A DNA stretch of 64,000 nt from Candidatus Poribacteria bacterium (GTDB lineage: Bacteria > Poribacteria > WGA-4E > JAJDTR01): assembly GCA_965222225.1 (NCBI GenBank), contig CBDCTK010000002.1, positions 1,696,001-1,760,000 on the forward strand, in the 5' to 3' direction. Made by a program: the position numbers and the translations under genes. Shown here piece after piece: positions 10,192-20,721 of this stretch. The notes under the pieces are model-generated. The model did not search any database. It had not been told where the DNA came from and worked only from the letters and a program-made list of their open reading frames with translations. The first letter of the stretch is position 1. The number at the start of each line of letters is the position of its first letter.

Positions 10192-11328
10192 ATGCAAAAA
10201 TATTTACCAATAACAGACTCAAGCCTTCACCCTATTCATGACAAAGTAGTAGCCGGAGAGCGTCTCTCGTTTGAGGACGGTATCACGCTCTCTGAGAGCC
10301 CCGACATAACAGGTGTCGGGTATCTCGCCAACATCGTGCGGGAACGCCAGAACGGGAGCTTTGCCTACTATAACATCAACCAACACATTGACTACTCAAA
10401 CGTGTGTATCCTGCACGCGCGATGTCATTTCTGCGCTTTTGCGCGGAAGGATATGAAAACGGAAGGTGCGTGGGAAATGAGCGTTGATGAGTTCTTAGAT
10501 AAGGCGATGTATTCGATCGATCACGGCTGTACGGAGATTCACAGTGTCGGCGGCCTGCACCCGAAGCTACCGTTCGAATATTATCTTGATATGCTTCGCG
10601 GACTTAAGGAACGCATGCCGCAAGTCCATCTAAAATTCTTCACGGCTGTGGAAATTGACCACTTTTCTCGCATATTCAAAATGTCGATTAAGGAGGTGTT
10701 AACCGCATTGCGCGAAGCCGGGCTAGACTCATTGCCTGGGGGTGGAGCAGAAATCTTCGCCGAAGAAACGCGAGACAAAATCTGCCCCGGCAAGCTCAGT
10801 ACGGAGGGGTGGCTTGATGTACATCAACAAGCACACGAACTCGGTATTTCTACCAATGCGACAATGCTTTATGGTCACCTTGAAACAAGCGAAGATCGGG
10901 TCGATCACCTGATTCGTTTGCGCGAACAGCAAGACAAGTCGGATGGCTTCGTCACCTTTATCCCGCTTGCATTTCACCCTGAAAACACGCGAATGGATTA
11001 CCTGCCAAGCCCATCGGGCTTAACGGATCTTCGGAATGTCGCACTATCCCGTTTGATGCTAGATAATTTTCCACATATTAAAGTCTACTGGATAATGACC
11101 GGTTTGAACGTGGCGCAGACAGCGTTGAGTTTCGGTGCTGATGATATAGATGGAACGGTGACGGAAGAAAAGATTACCCATATGGCTGGCGCGACGACCC
11201 CGGAAATTGTGGGTGTTGATGAGATAACTCGCCTAATTCGAGAAGCTGGCAGAACCCCGATCGAACGTGACACACTCTACAACGAAATAATCCGAGAGGG
11301 AAATCAATGGTACAGAAAAGCCGCGTAA
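10192..11328 (+). CDS. mqnE: Aminofutalosine synthase MqnE (radical SAM)
   Basis: EIHSVGGLHP, PGGGAEIF, NATMLYGH.E, FIPLAFHP, HIK.YW.M, GADD.DGTV.EEKI.HMAGA; adjacent mqnA. Confidence 0.9.
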   Translation: MQKYLPITDSSLHPIHDKVVAGERLSFEDGITLSESPDITGVGYLANIVRERQNGSFAYYNINQHIDYSNVCILHARCHFCAFARKDMKTEGAWEMSVDEFLDKAMYSIDHGCTEIHSVGGLHPKLPFEYYLDMLRGLKERMPQVHLKFFTAVEIDHFSRIFKMSIKEVLTALREAGLDSLPGGGAEIFAEETRDKICPGKLSTEGWLDVHQQAHELGISTNATMLYGHLETSEDRVDHLIRLREQQDKSDGFVTFIPLAFHPENTRMDYLPSPSGLTDLRNVALSRLMLDNFPHIKVYWIMTGLNVAQTALSFGADDIDGTVTEEKITHMAGATTPEIVGVDEITRLIREAGRTPIERDTLYNEIIREGNQWYRKAA

Positions 11329-12128
11329 GAATCGGCGCGGTTTCATTTCTGAACACCAAGCCTCTCATCTACAGCCTATTACATTCCACCTCGCTAAATG
11401 AGGAGATTGAACTTAGTGTTCATGTGCCGAGCCGTTTAGCAGAACTTCTGAAAACCGGCAGCGTTGATGTCGGATTGATCCCGATTATCGAGTATTTTCG
11501 TGCGGATGGGCCGGCAAATTTTCCTCCATACCGCATAATCCCCCATATTTCTATCTCGTCGCACGGTGCTGTACGTAGCATACAACTCTTTAGTCGGGTG
11601 CCGATTCCACAGATCCAGAGTGTTGGGTTGGACACTAGTTCGCGTTCCTCACATGCGCTCCTCCGAATTGTGTTTGCTGAGAAGTATGGGCTCCATCCGA
11701 CGTTTTCTGCGTCGCCACCGTCCATTGAGATGCAATCAGCCGAAACCGATGCAGTTCTCCGCATCGGGGATGCCGCATTGAGGCGACTTGGTTCTACGCC
11801 CTATTCCTTAGATCTCGGCGCGGAGTGGGACGAGTTGACGGGATTGCCCTTTGTTTATGCCTGCTGGGTTGCTAGAGGGGGTATTGATATCGGAAGGGTG
11901 CCCCACATATTACAGGAGGCAAAGGAAATTAGTGTTAAACAAATACCCGAGATTGCACGGGTTGAAGCTGAAGCTTTGGGTTTGCCGGAAGCGATGTGCA
12001 GCGACTATTTGACAAACCGTATCTTCTACGATCTCGGCGATTCGGAAATTGCCGGAATGAACCGGTTTTATGAGCTCGCCCAGAAGCACAATTTGGCACC
12101 TCCGGGAGTTTCGTTGAGATTTACATAA
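11307..12128 (+). CDS. mqnA: Chorismate dehydratase MqnA
   Basis: IGAVSFLNTKPL, SSRSS, IGD.AL, DLG.EW..LTGLPFVYA.W. Confidence 0.92.
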   Translation: MVQKSRVRIGAVSFLNTKPLIYSLLHSTSLNEEIELSVHVPSRLAELLKTGSVDVGLIPIIEYFRADGPANFPPYRIIPHISISSHGAVRSIQLFSRVPIPQIQSVGLDTSSRSSHALLRIVFAEKYGLHPTFSASPPSIEMQSAETDAVLRIGDAALRRLGSTPYSLDLGAEWDELTGLPFVYACWVARGGIDIGRVPHILQEAKEISVKQIPEIARVEAEALGLPEAMCSDYLTNRIFYDLGDSEIAGMNRFYELAQKHNLAPPGVSLRFT

Positions 12129-12282
12129 CGTATACTTACGCCGAGATTCGTCGCCGGTCGTTACTTATCAAGTTCGTAGTCGACCAATCCACTGATCGTC
12201 CCAATTGTTTTACAACCCAGTTAGCCTCCAAACGGATACCGAATAAATTTCGCTACTATAATTCAAGCATGGGAGGGATTTC

Positions 12283-14301
12283 ATGGCGTCCAAGATAGAC
12301 ATCGCGTTCGAAGAGATTCTAGATTCCCGAGAACCGGGAATCTACGACCTCCAAACGAACGCTCCCGGTCCCGAAGGCAGCCTACCGCTTGCAGAAGAGA
12401 TGCTCCTGAATTGGCCTAGTGGTGACATCTTTGCAATGACCCAAAACGCCGGCATGGGTTGGGCACCTGCCGAACTGAACCGAAAACAATTTCTCCTGTT
12501 GAGCACTCAAGGTGGAATTCGCGCTCCCGATGGTACACCGATTGCGCTTGGTTACCACACGGGACATTGGGAAATAGGTTTGCTGATGCAGGAAGCGGCG
12601 CATGAGTTCAAGGCGCTTGGCGCAATTCCGTTCGCAGGTTACTGCTCAGACCCCTGTGATGGGCGCACTCAAGGTACAGTCGGGATGATGGATAGTCTCG
12701 CCTATCGCAACGATGCCGCCCAAGTTTTACGGCGTCTTATCCGTTCGCTCCCGACACGCAAAGGGGTAATAGGCGTTGCGACCTGCGACAAAGGACTGCC
12801 GGCAATGATGCTGGCATTGGCAGGGACGCCAGATTTGCCATGTGTGCTAATTCCCGGTGGCGTTACTCTACCGCCGACCGAAGGTGAGGATGCGGGAAAA
12901 ATTCAGACCATCGGCGTACGTTTCGCGCACGGTGAAATCTCTCTGCAAGACGCCGCCGACCTCGGGTGCAAAGCGTGCGGGAGCCCGGGCGGCGGATGTC
13001 AATTTTTGGGCACAGCCGCCACATCACAGGTTGTCGCCGAGGCGTTTGGGATGACGCTGCCCCACGCCGCACTCGCGCCCTCCGGACAGGAGATTTGGCT
13101 AGACATGGCGAAACGGTCAGCACGCGCTCTTGTAAATTTGGAATCAAAGGGTATCACGATGCAGGAGATTTTGACACCCGAAGCGATTCGCAACGGGATG
13201 GTGCTTCACGCCGCTTTTGGTGGTTCGACCAATCTACTGCTGCACATCCCTGCAACAGCTCATGCCGCCGGACTGGACCGACCGATTGTCGAAGATTGGA
13301 TTGAGATTAATCGCGAGGTGCCTCGCCTCGTCGATGTACTTCCCAATGGTCCGGTTGGACATCCAACCGTGCAGGTCTTTCTAGCGGGCGGTGTACCTGA
13401 GGTCATGCTGCATTTGAGAGAATTGGGGGTGTTGAATGAAGAGGTCATGACGGCAACCGGTGAGACACTTGGTAACAACCTTGACTGGTGGGAAAAATCG
13501 GAACGACGTCAGCAATTGCGCAACCTGCTTCTTGAGAGCGACGGAGTGCAGCCTGATGACGTAATCATGAGTCCCGGCGTCGCGAAGGCGCGCGGATTGA
13601 CGAACACCGTCACATTCCCGCGAGGTAACCTTGCCCCCGAAGGTTCAGTAATAAAAAGCACCGCTATTGACCCAAGCGTGGTCGATCCCGACGGTGTTTA
13701 TCGAATGACTGGGCCGGCACGCGTATTTGTGCGCGAACAGGATGCGATACGCGCTATCAAGAGCCACGACGAAAATCGAATTCGACCTGGTGATGTAATG
13801 GTGCTCTGTTGCCGTGGGCCTATGGGTACAGGCATGGAAGAAGTTTACCAGATAACTGCCGCCCTTAAACATCTATCCTTTGGAAAGAAAGTCTCTCTAA
13901 TCACCGACGCGCGGTTTTCGGGTGTATCCACTGGTGCATGTATTGGTCACGTCGGTCCAGAAGCCTTGGCAGGAGGGCCCATCGGCAAGGTTGTCGACGG
14001 AGACTTGATTCAGATTGCGGTCGATTGTAACCGGCTTGAGGGCAGTATCGACTTAGTTGGCTACGGAGAGGATATTTTTGGCCCCGACGCCGGCTCGAAG
14101 GTTCTAGCAGAGCGTTCCCCACGTTCCGACCTTGCGGCGGACGAAATGATCCCCGACGATACGCGTCTTTGGGCGGCACTTCAATCTGTTGGCGGCGGAA
14201 CCTGGGGCGGATGCGTCTATGATGTCAACTCAATCATCGAGATGCTGGAAACCGGCCGGGCAACATTACAAGAATCAGGCAACGCATCCCGGGCCGATTG
14301 A
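12283..14301 (+). CDS. YjhG/YagF-family D-xylonate dehydratase (IlvD/Edd family)
   Basis: [58 protein letters not shown]. Confidence 0.88.
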   Translation: MASKIDIAFEEILDSREPGIYDLQTNAPGPEGSLPLAEEMLLNWPSGDIFAMTQNAGMGWAPAELNRKQFLLLSTQGGIRAPDGTPIALGYHTGHWEIGLLMQEAAHEFKALGAIPFAGYCSDPCDGRTQGTVGMMDSLAYRNDAAQVLRRLIRSLPTRKGVIGVATCDKGLPAMMLALAGTPDLPCVLIPGGVTLPPTEGEDAGKIQTIGVRFAHGEISLQDAADLGCKACGSPGGGCQFLGTAATSQVVAEAFGMTLPHAALAPSGQEIWLDMAKRSARALVNLESKGITMQEILTPEAIRNGMVLHAAFGGSTNLLLHIPATAHAAGLDRPIVEDWIEINREVPRLVDVLPNGPVGHPTVQVFLAGGVPEVMLHLRELGVLNEEVMTATGETLGNNLDWWEKSERRQQLRNLLLESDGVQPDDVIMSPGVAKARGLTNTVTFPRGNLAPEGSVIKSTAIDPSVVDPDGVYRMTGPARVFVREQDAIRAIKSHDENRIRPGDVMVLCCRGPMGTGMEEVYQITAALKHLSFGKKVSLITDARFSGVSTGACIGHVGPEALAGGPIGKVVDGDLIQIAVDCNRLEGSIDLVGYGEDIFGPDAGSKVLAERSPRSDLAADEMIPDDTRLWAALQSVGGGTWGGCVYDVNSIIEMLETGRATLQESGNASRAD

Positions 14302-14377
14302 AAGGATAAGGATTACTATCAACACCAATTCTTCCGCGTTAGGAAGTGAAAGCGCATCAGTTCAAGAGGAATGGATT

Positions 14378-14764
14378 TTGCGATTTATTAGATATTGGCT
14401 ACCACTCCTGATTTACATGGGACTCATCTTTTATCTCTCTTCGCTGTCCCAACCGCCCGAAACATTAATGGAGGTTATTGCCTGGGGGCCAATCGATAAG
14501 GTGTTCCATCTTGTTGAATACACCGTATTGGGAGTTTTGTTGGCACGCGCATTGTCGTACTCTTTGCGGCGAATACTTCCAACCTCTGCTTGGATCATTG
14601 CCTTTGCAATTGCCGTTCTGTTCGGAGTGAGCGACGAATGGCACCAATCATTCGTGTTAGGTCGCCACTCTACTGTCTCTGATTTGATTGTCGATATCAT
14701 TGGCAGCGCGCTCGGTGTGGGCATCGTATATTTACGAGTCAAGAGGAAGGAATCGCGGGACTAA
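14378..14764 (+). CDS. VanZ-family membrane protein
   Basis: IFYLSS, DKVFH..EY..LG, SDEWHQSFV.GR, DL..D; TTG start after GAGG. Confidence 0.85.
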   Translation: MRFIRYWLPLLIYMGLIFYLSSLSQPPETLMEVIAWGPIDKVFHLVEYTVLGVLLARALSYSLRRILPTSAWIIAFAIAVLFGVSDEWHQSFVLGRHSTVSDLIVDIIGSALGVGIVYLRVKRKESRD

Positions 14765-15031
14765 GACTAAGATCGCCTTTGTACATCTAAGCAGTATAAC
14801 AGACGGTGTTAATCAAGCGTTGAAGAAACGTGGAAGAGATTTTAGCCATCTGGTCTTTTTGGTTGACCATTGAAAAAGTTTCAGCGATTCCTAATGCTAT
14901 TTAGCCTGTCGGGATCTCTATCGCACTCGCTATTCGCTCGCTTGATCCCCTCTGGGGCTTTCAAAGGCTGGTGCGCAGTGCGCACCCTACAAGATGGCAA
15001 TTCAGAATTGTACTTTTGTACAAAGTCGAGC

Positions 15032-15299
15032 TAAGAACCTGTTTGAATTACGGCGTTTGGCAATCTTGGACGATTTCATACTTTTCATACCAAATGAGGG
15101 TTCTCAGTAGGAGCTCAGTAGGAGCGTAGAAAGGGTTGAACCCCTTGCTATGACTAGCTTATCGGCAGTGTTGACATTCATACCATTTAGCTATTGGTAT
15201 GAAATTTTGGTATGAAACGGGGTTGCCGCCCAAAACAATTTCAAGCCTAAGATTGACCCTTCTTTCATCGGAGAAAATGAATTATCAAACGGGTTCTTA
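15032..15299. mobile_element. MITE-like non-coding element with internal repeat array
   Basis: Terminal inverted repeats TAAGAACCTGTTTGA / TAAGAACCCGTTTGA (14/15); five internal TTCATAC motifs and tandem CTCAGTAGGAG x2. Confidence 0.55.
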
Positions 15300-15388
15300 C
15301 GCATTACGTTTCACGCATTAATCCTTCCTAATTCTCCATCCGCAAATCTCCTTGCACAGCAGCCTATATACCATATGTTATATTGTAT

Positions 15389-15418
15389 TTGACAACCACA
15401 CGATGGGCATGGCATAAT
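15389..15418 (+). promoter_or_regulatory. Sigma70-type promoter of the defence locus
   Basis: TTGACA-18 bp-CATAAT with TG extension, about 40 bp before ATG 15459. Confidence 0.5.
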
Positions 15419-15458
15419 ATAATACGCTGTACTTATACTTGCACGAATCGTGGACAAC

Positions 15459-18400
15459 ATGTCATCTATTCCGACAACCGAATCTCGCCTAAAAATCAAG
15501 AATCTCCGCGAGATCAGAAGCATGACGCAAACCCAATTCGCGGAACTCGTCGGTGTCTCTTTCGCCACCGTCAACCGCTGGGAGAATGGTCAGTCTCGCC
15601 CCAACAACTTGGCATGGAAGCGCATCCTCGAGTTGGCAGAGTCCGGCGACGGGCGTCAAGAGGTTCAATCCGTACCCGACGAAGCGCCAAGCATGGACTT
15701 CGCCGCCGACTCGAACGCCGTCTCGGCAGTCGCGGAGGCGCACCGTCTCGCCTATGGCCATCTCTTCAATCCGGCATTCGCCACGGAAACCTCGCTGATC
15801 GACCCGCTCCCGCATCAGCGCATCGCCGTGTACGAGCAGATGCTGGGACAGACGCCGCTGCGCTTTCTATTGGCGGATGACGCGGGCGCCGGCAAAACTA
15901 TCATGGCAGGGCTTTACGTCCGCGAAATGTTGTCCCGCCGACTCATCCGCCGCATACTCATCGTTCCGCCCGCCGGTCTCTTGGGCAACTGGGAACAGGA
16001 GATGCGAAAACTGTTCCGCCTGTCGTTCCGCATTGTCAGGGGCGAGGATGCGCGAACCGGAAATCCCTTCAGCGGTCCCGAGAGCGATCGGGTCATCGTC
16101 AGCGTGGACACCTTGGTGACGGAACGCGTGTTCAACCGCCTTAAAGACCCCCAAACCAATCCCTACGACCTTGTCGTCTTTGACGAGGCGCACAAGCTGT
16201 CCGCAGTCCGTCAACCGGATTACCGAATCCGCAAAACGAACCGGTACAGGCTGGCGGAAGCTATCGCCGGCGCCGAGGTAGACGGTGAGGATTGGGAACT
16301 GCCTTGGTCAGCCCGACACCTGCTTCTGCTGACAGCCACCCCGCACATGGGAAAGGATTCCCCCTACTACTTCCTATGGCGTCTATTGCTGCCGGAGACG
16401 CTTTCAACCCACGACGCCTTCGATAGGTTTCCTCGTGAATCTCGCCAGCGGCACTTCATCCGCCGCACGAAGGAGGAGATGCTCCATTTTAACGGGAAAC
16501 CCCTGTACCCGCAGCGAAACTGCGACACGCTCAGCTACAATCTCTCGGATGGCGCAGGCAGTGAACAGGAACTCTACGACGAGACGACGGAATACATTCG
16601 CGACTATTACAACCGCGCGGGAGTCTTGAACCAATCAGCCGCCCGTCTTGCGATGGGCGTCTTCCAGCGACGCCTCGCCAGTTCGACTTATGCCCTCATG
16701 CGATCATTCGAGCGGCGCATAGATAAACTCGACGGGTTGATTGAGAACCTCCAAAACGGACATCTCAGCGAGGCACAATTCGTCAGTCAGCAACAGCGAT
16801 TCGACAAGCTTGACGACCTTTTCGAATCGTCGACCGCCGATGAGACCGAGGATGAGCACGAAGCATATGAAGACTACGCGCTTGAGGGCACCGTAGCCGT
16901 CAGTCTCGCCGAGCTAATCGTAGAAAGGCTTAAGGTGCAGGAATTGCTTAAAAAGTCACGGAAACTGTTGGATGCCGGGGAAGAATCCAAGTTTGAAAAA
17001 CTGCGTGAAGTCCTTCGAGATCCGGACTACAACGACGAGAAGTTTATCATCTTTACGGAGCACCGCGACACGGCAGACTTTCTAGTGCGTCGGCTCGAAG
17101 GCCTCGGATTCACCGATCAGGTTGCCCTCATCCACGGCGGGCTAGATTATCAAGAACGCGAGCGGCAGGTTGAGTTTTTCCGCCGATCGGCGATGGAAGG
17201 AGGGGCAAACTACCTCGTGGCGACCGACGCCGCAGGTGAGGGAATCAACCTCCAATTCTGCTGGTTGATGGTGAACTACGATATCCCGTGGAATCCGGCG
17301 CGGCTTGAGCAGCGCATGGGACGTATTCATCGCTACGGTCAAAAGCACGACCCCGTGGTGATTGTCAATCTCTTGGCGGGCGGCACGCGCGAAGGACGTG
17401 TACTGAAAACGTTGCTGGAAAAGCTGGAGGTTATTCGGGAACAACTTCAATCCGACAAGGTGTTCGACGTGGTGGGGCGTCTGTTCGAGGAAGTGTCTAT
17501 GACGGACTATCTGCGGCAGGCGCTCACCGACGATGCCGAGGCTGTCGCCCGACAGTTGGAGGGCAATCTCACGGAGAATCAGGTTCTGGCGCTCGAGCAC
17601 AAAGAACGCGTCCTGTACGGCGAGGGCGGCGACGTGCGCCAGCGGCTCCCGCAACTCAACGAGGAAACGGATCAGGAAACCTATCGTCAACTGATCCCCG
17701 GATACGTGCGCCGTTTTGTGGAACGAGCCGCGCCGCTGCTCGACCTGCATATTGAGGAAGATTCGGAAACCACCTTCAGTTTGATGCCCAACCGACCGCG
17801 CGCGGCAGACCCCCTGCTCTCCTCACTTGAGCGATATTCCGAGGGCGCACGCGAGTTCCTAACGGTTTACAAACCGACGAGCCGAGACGATGCCGTCTGG
17901 ATGCACCCCGGCGAGCCGGTGTTCGATTGTCTCTCGGACGCAATCCTGGAGCGGTTCGGGCGTGCCGGACGACAGGGCGCCGTGTTTACCGATCCCTATG
18001 CAACCGAGGCGTATCTATTCCACATCGCGCGGGTTTCCGTCGAACAGCGCGGCAAAGAGGAGACGACCGATTTGTTTGATGACCGCACCGAGCGTGAAAA
18101 TGCGCCCAAGCCCATAGAATCACGCTTGGTCGGGCTGCGCCAATCGGGCGACGGCAGCCTAACCGAGATTCCGGTGGAACACCTTCTGCTGCTCAGGGGG
18201 GCGGACGGTTTCGCGCCGAGCCGCGTCCCCCTCGCTACGTTGGCTCGCGGTATGGTCGCCGACGCCATGGCGTTTGCCCGTGAGGAGATAGGCGAGCGGA
18301 TAGCGCAACTTCATCGACAGGGACGATTCGACGATCTGCCCTCGCGGGCGGAATCCGTCAACCGAGGTTTCGATTTTCAGGCTGCCGAACTTGCCGCTGC

Positions 18401-19031
18401 CCGCGCGCGCCTCAACCAACGGACGCGCGACGGCGATCGGGACGCGGGGGCGGAACTTGGCGTGGTCAAGGATCGCCAGCGCCGCTTGACCGCCTCCCGA
18501 AATCGGAGCCTCGCCGAACTGCAAGCCGAACCGGAGTGCATTCGGGTCAGGGAAGTCGCGATGTTGGTGCACGCCCTCGTGGTACCGGTTCAGGACACGG
18601 AGGAGCTTGAGCGTTACGATGCTGATGTTGAAACCATCGCCGTGGAGGTTGCCACCGGATACGAAGCGAACTTCGGCGCCGAGGTAACGGATGTCTCAAA
18701 GCCCGAACTCGCCCGCCGTGCCGGGTTGACGGATTGGCCCGGTTTCGATCTCAAGTCGCGCCATCCTGCGGACGCCGACGGACACACCGAGGAACGCGCC
18801 ATCGAGGTCAAGGGGCGCGCCGGTTCCGGGAATATTGAAATGACCGAGAATGAATGGGCGCGCGCCTGCAACCTGCGGGACGACTACTGGCTCTACGTCG
18901 TCTTCGACTGCGCCACGCCGCGACCGCGCCTCGTGCGCGTGTGTGACCCGTTTGCCAAACTCCTCGTCCGCAGCCGCGAAGTGTCCGCCATCACTATCAA
19001 ATCGGGAGCTATTATTGAGGCAGCCGAATAA
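15459..19031 (+). CDS. XRE-HTH + SNF2 helicase + DUF3883 (PD-(D/E)XK) nuclease fusion
   Basis: MTQTQFAELVGVSFATVNRWENG (HTH_3); LADDAGAGKT, DEAH, TATPH, EGINLQ, EQRMGRIHRYGQ; C-terminal GFDLKS...IEVKG...TENEW...YWLYVV. Confidence 0.9.
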   Translation: MSSIPTTESRLKIKNLREIRSMTQTQFAELVGVSFATVNRWENGQSRPNNLAWKRILELAESGDGRQEVQSVPDEAPSMDFAADSNAVSAVAEAHRLAYGHLFNPAFATETSLIDPLPHQRIAVYEQMLGQTPLRFLLADDAGAGKTIMAGLYVREMLSRRLIRRILIVPPAGLLGNWEQEMRKLFRLSFRIVRGEDARTGNPFSGPESDRVIVSVDTLVTERVFNRLKDPQTNPYDLVVFDEAHKLSAVRQPDYRIRKTNRYRLAEAIAGAEVDGEDWELPWSARHLLLLTATPHMGKDSPYYFLWRLLLPETLSTHDAFDRFPRESRQRHFIRRTKEEMLHFNGKPLYPQRNCDTLSYNLSDGAGSEQELYDETTEYIRDYYNRAGVLNQSAARLAMGVFQRRLASSTYALMRSFERRIDKLDGLIENLQNGHLSEAQFVSQQQRFDKLDDLFESSTADETEDEHEAYEDYALEGTVAVSLAELIVERLKVQELLKKSRKLLDAGEESKFEKLREVLRDPDYNDEKFIIFTEHRDTADFLVRRLEGLGFTDQVALIHGGLDYQERERQVEFFRRSAMEGGANYLVATDAAGEGINLQFCWLMVNYDIPWNPARLEQRMGRIHRYGQKHDPVVIVNLLAGGTREGRVLKTLLEKLEVIREQLQSDKVFDVVGRLFEEVSMTDYLRQALTDDAEAVARQLEGNLTENQVLALEHKERVLYGEGGDVRQRLPQLNEETDQETYRQLIPGYVRRFVERAAPLLDLHIEEDSETTFSLMPNRPRAADPLLSSLERYSEGAREFLTVYKPTSRDDAVWMHPGEPVFDCLSDAILERFGRAGRQGAVFTDPYATEAYLFHIARVSVEQRGKEETTDLFDDRTERENAPKPIESRLVGLRQSGDGSLTEIPVEHLLLLRGADGFAPSRVPLATLARGMVADAMAFAREEIGERIAQLHRQGRFDDLPSRAESVNRGFDFQAAELAAARARLNQRTRDGDRDAGAELGVVKDRQRRLTASRNRSLAELQAEPECIRVREVAMLVHALVVPVQDTEELERYDADVETIAVEVATGYEANFGAEVTDVSKPELARRAGLTDWPGFDLKSRHPADADGHTEERAIEVKGRAGSGNIEMTENEWARACNLRDDYWLYVVFDCATPRPRLVRVCDPFAKLLVRSREVSAITIKSGAIIEAAE

Positions 19032-19216
19032 CAGGGAAAGGAGACTGAGAAAGTGTTTAGTGGCTAGTGATTAGTGACTAGCAAAAACCTTAAAGTCACA
19101 AGACGTGGAATGAATTGCATTACTACGAAACTGCAAGCAGTGGTTAATGGCTGACAAGGGGCACCCGGAAGGCGTAACCTTTCAGACATATCGCGAAGGA
19201 TTACCTAAACCCGTAA

Positions 19217-19597
19217 GTGATTACCCGCAATCCCGCCGAGCCGGAAAGAACTTGGGAGGGCCTTTTTCGTGTCGATACGGGTTCGACGGATTGTCTCGTC
19301 CCTCGGCCGCATCTGGAATCCATCGGCCTCGCGCCCAAAGGACAGCGAGTCTACGGCTTGGCTGATGGTAGTGAGATCAGAATGGATATTACGGTAGCAG
19401 AGATTGAGTTCATGGGCGAAATTGTCGGCGGAACGATTCTATTCGGGGACACGGATGCGGAGCCGTTGCTTGGTCTCACTGCCTTGGAATTGGTCGGCAT
19501 TGAAGTTGACCCGCTCAACCAGCGATTGAAAAGGCTGCCCGCCGTGTGCCTAAAGCCTTTGGAAGGCGAGAATTGCTCACCGCTCTACGCCGTGTAG
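19217..19597 (+). CDS. Clan AA aspartic protease (retropepsin-like), start uncertain or N-truncated
   Basis: VDTGST catalytic motif, LADG flap, PLLG.TALE. Confidence 0.75.
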   Translation: MITRNPAEPERTWEGLFRVDTGSTDCLVPRPHLESIGLAPKGQRVYGLADGSEIRMDITVAEIEFMGEIVGGTILFGDTDAEPLLGLTALELVGIEVDPLNQRLKRLPAVCLKPLEGENCSPLYAV

Positions 19598-19760
19598 GAT
19601 CAACCGAACGCATAGTGAGGGCGATAGAGTTCCCGTAGCAATCCCCTGTGATTGTCCTATTATAGGAGGCAATAATCGCCGCCCGCCGTTTTGAGTTGTC
19701 TTACAATGGTGCGGTGGTGTATAGTGGAAAACAGAAAACATAATTCAGGAGGAAAACACG

Positions 19761-20294
19761 ATGGATGCGCTGATTGAGGGCTTTAAGATATTTGCTCCTA
19801 TTGTAGTGGCTATCGTTACAGTAATCGCTTTTGTGTGGAAAGTACCCAGCAAGAAAGACATGCAAAGGGGAGACGACGCTCTCCGAGCGTCGATGAACAA
19901 TCTCTCTGATAGAATTGACGCAAATTCCCGGACAACCCATGCGGAAATCTCTAAACTCAATGACAAGATGGACGCAAATTTTCACACAGTCTATGCAGAC
20001 ACCCGTAAACTCGTTGATAGAATTGACGCCAATTCTGATAAGATAGACGCAAATTTTCAGACAACTCATATGGAAATCTCTAAACTCAATGATAAGATGG
20101 ACGCCAACTTTCAGACGGTCTATGCAGATGTCCGTAAACTCAACGATAAGGTAGAATCTTATTCTCAGGCAACGCATGAGAGGATTGATAACGCATCTAC
20201 GGAACTCCGCGCGGAGATTAGAACGATGAATCAGAATTACATCGATCACTTGGCGCGACACGAAGAGCAGTCGCTTAAAGCGCGTGAAACTTAA
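19761..20294 (+). CDS. Membrane-anchored repetitive coiled-coil protein
   Basis: GGAGG RBS; N-terminal TM (IFAPIVVAIVTVIAFVW); roughly 18-aa repeats D(R/K)(I/M)DANF.T....KLN. Confidence 0.75.
   Translation: MDALIEGFKIFAPIVVAIVTVIAFVWKVPSKKDMQRGDDALRASMNNLSDRIDANSRTTHAEISKLNDKMDANFHTVYADTRKLVDRIDANSDKIDANFQTTHMEISKLNDKMDANFQTVYADVRKLNDKVESYSQATHERIDNASTELRAEIRTMNQNYIDHLARHEEQSLKARET
19908..20152 (+). repeat. Intragenic degenerate tandem repeat (about 54-bp units)
   Basis: GGAAATCTCTAAACTCAATGA.AAGATGGACGC.AA.TTTCA occurs twice; GATAGAATTGACGC occurs twice. Confidence 0.85.
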
Positions 20295-20322
20295 GGCGAT
20301 TGAGTTGTGATGGAGTCCAAAA

Positions 20323-20721
20323 ATGGGTGGTGTAACCGCCAACGTGATCGTCAGCAACCCAGCCAATCGAAATAGGCGCTGGGAGGGCCAATTTTTAGTT
20401 GACACAGGTGCGACTGACAGCCTTGTCCCACGGCAACACTTGGAAGCCATCGGCATTCGACCCGAAGGACAGCGAACCTACGTACTGGCAGACGGTACCG
20501 AAATCCGGATGGATATTGGCGTGGCGCGAATCGAACTCCTGGGAGAAATCGGGGGAAGTACCGTACTTTTCGGGGATGAAAGGGCGGAGCCTCTGCTTGG
20601 CGTTACGGCGTTGGAGTCCTTGGGAATCGAAATCGATCCGCTTAACCAGCAACTGAAGAAGTTGCCTGCCGTGCGGCTTAAGTACATCGGACGAGGTTGT
20701 AGAAAAAGAATGGAAAATTGA
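20323..20721 (+). CDS. Clan AA aspartic protease (retropepsin-like)
   Basis: FLVDTGATD, LADG, PLLGVTALE; close paralog of 19217-19597. Confidence 0.85.
   Translation: MGGVTANVIVSNPANRNRRWEGQFLVDTGATDSLVPRQHLEAIGIRPEGQRTYVLADGTEIRMDIGVARIELLGEIGGSTVLFGDERAEPLLGVTALESLGIEIDPLNQQLKKLPAVRLKYIGRGCRKRMEN

Noticed and set aside
19049-19082. TAGTGNN heptamer repeats
   Set aside because: Only three to four degenerate copies; too short to support a function
19908-20152. CRISPR array or DGR template repeat
   Set aside because: Repeats are in-frame coding units without unique spacers; no cas or reverse transcriptase gene in the window
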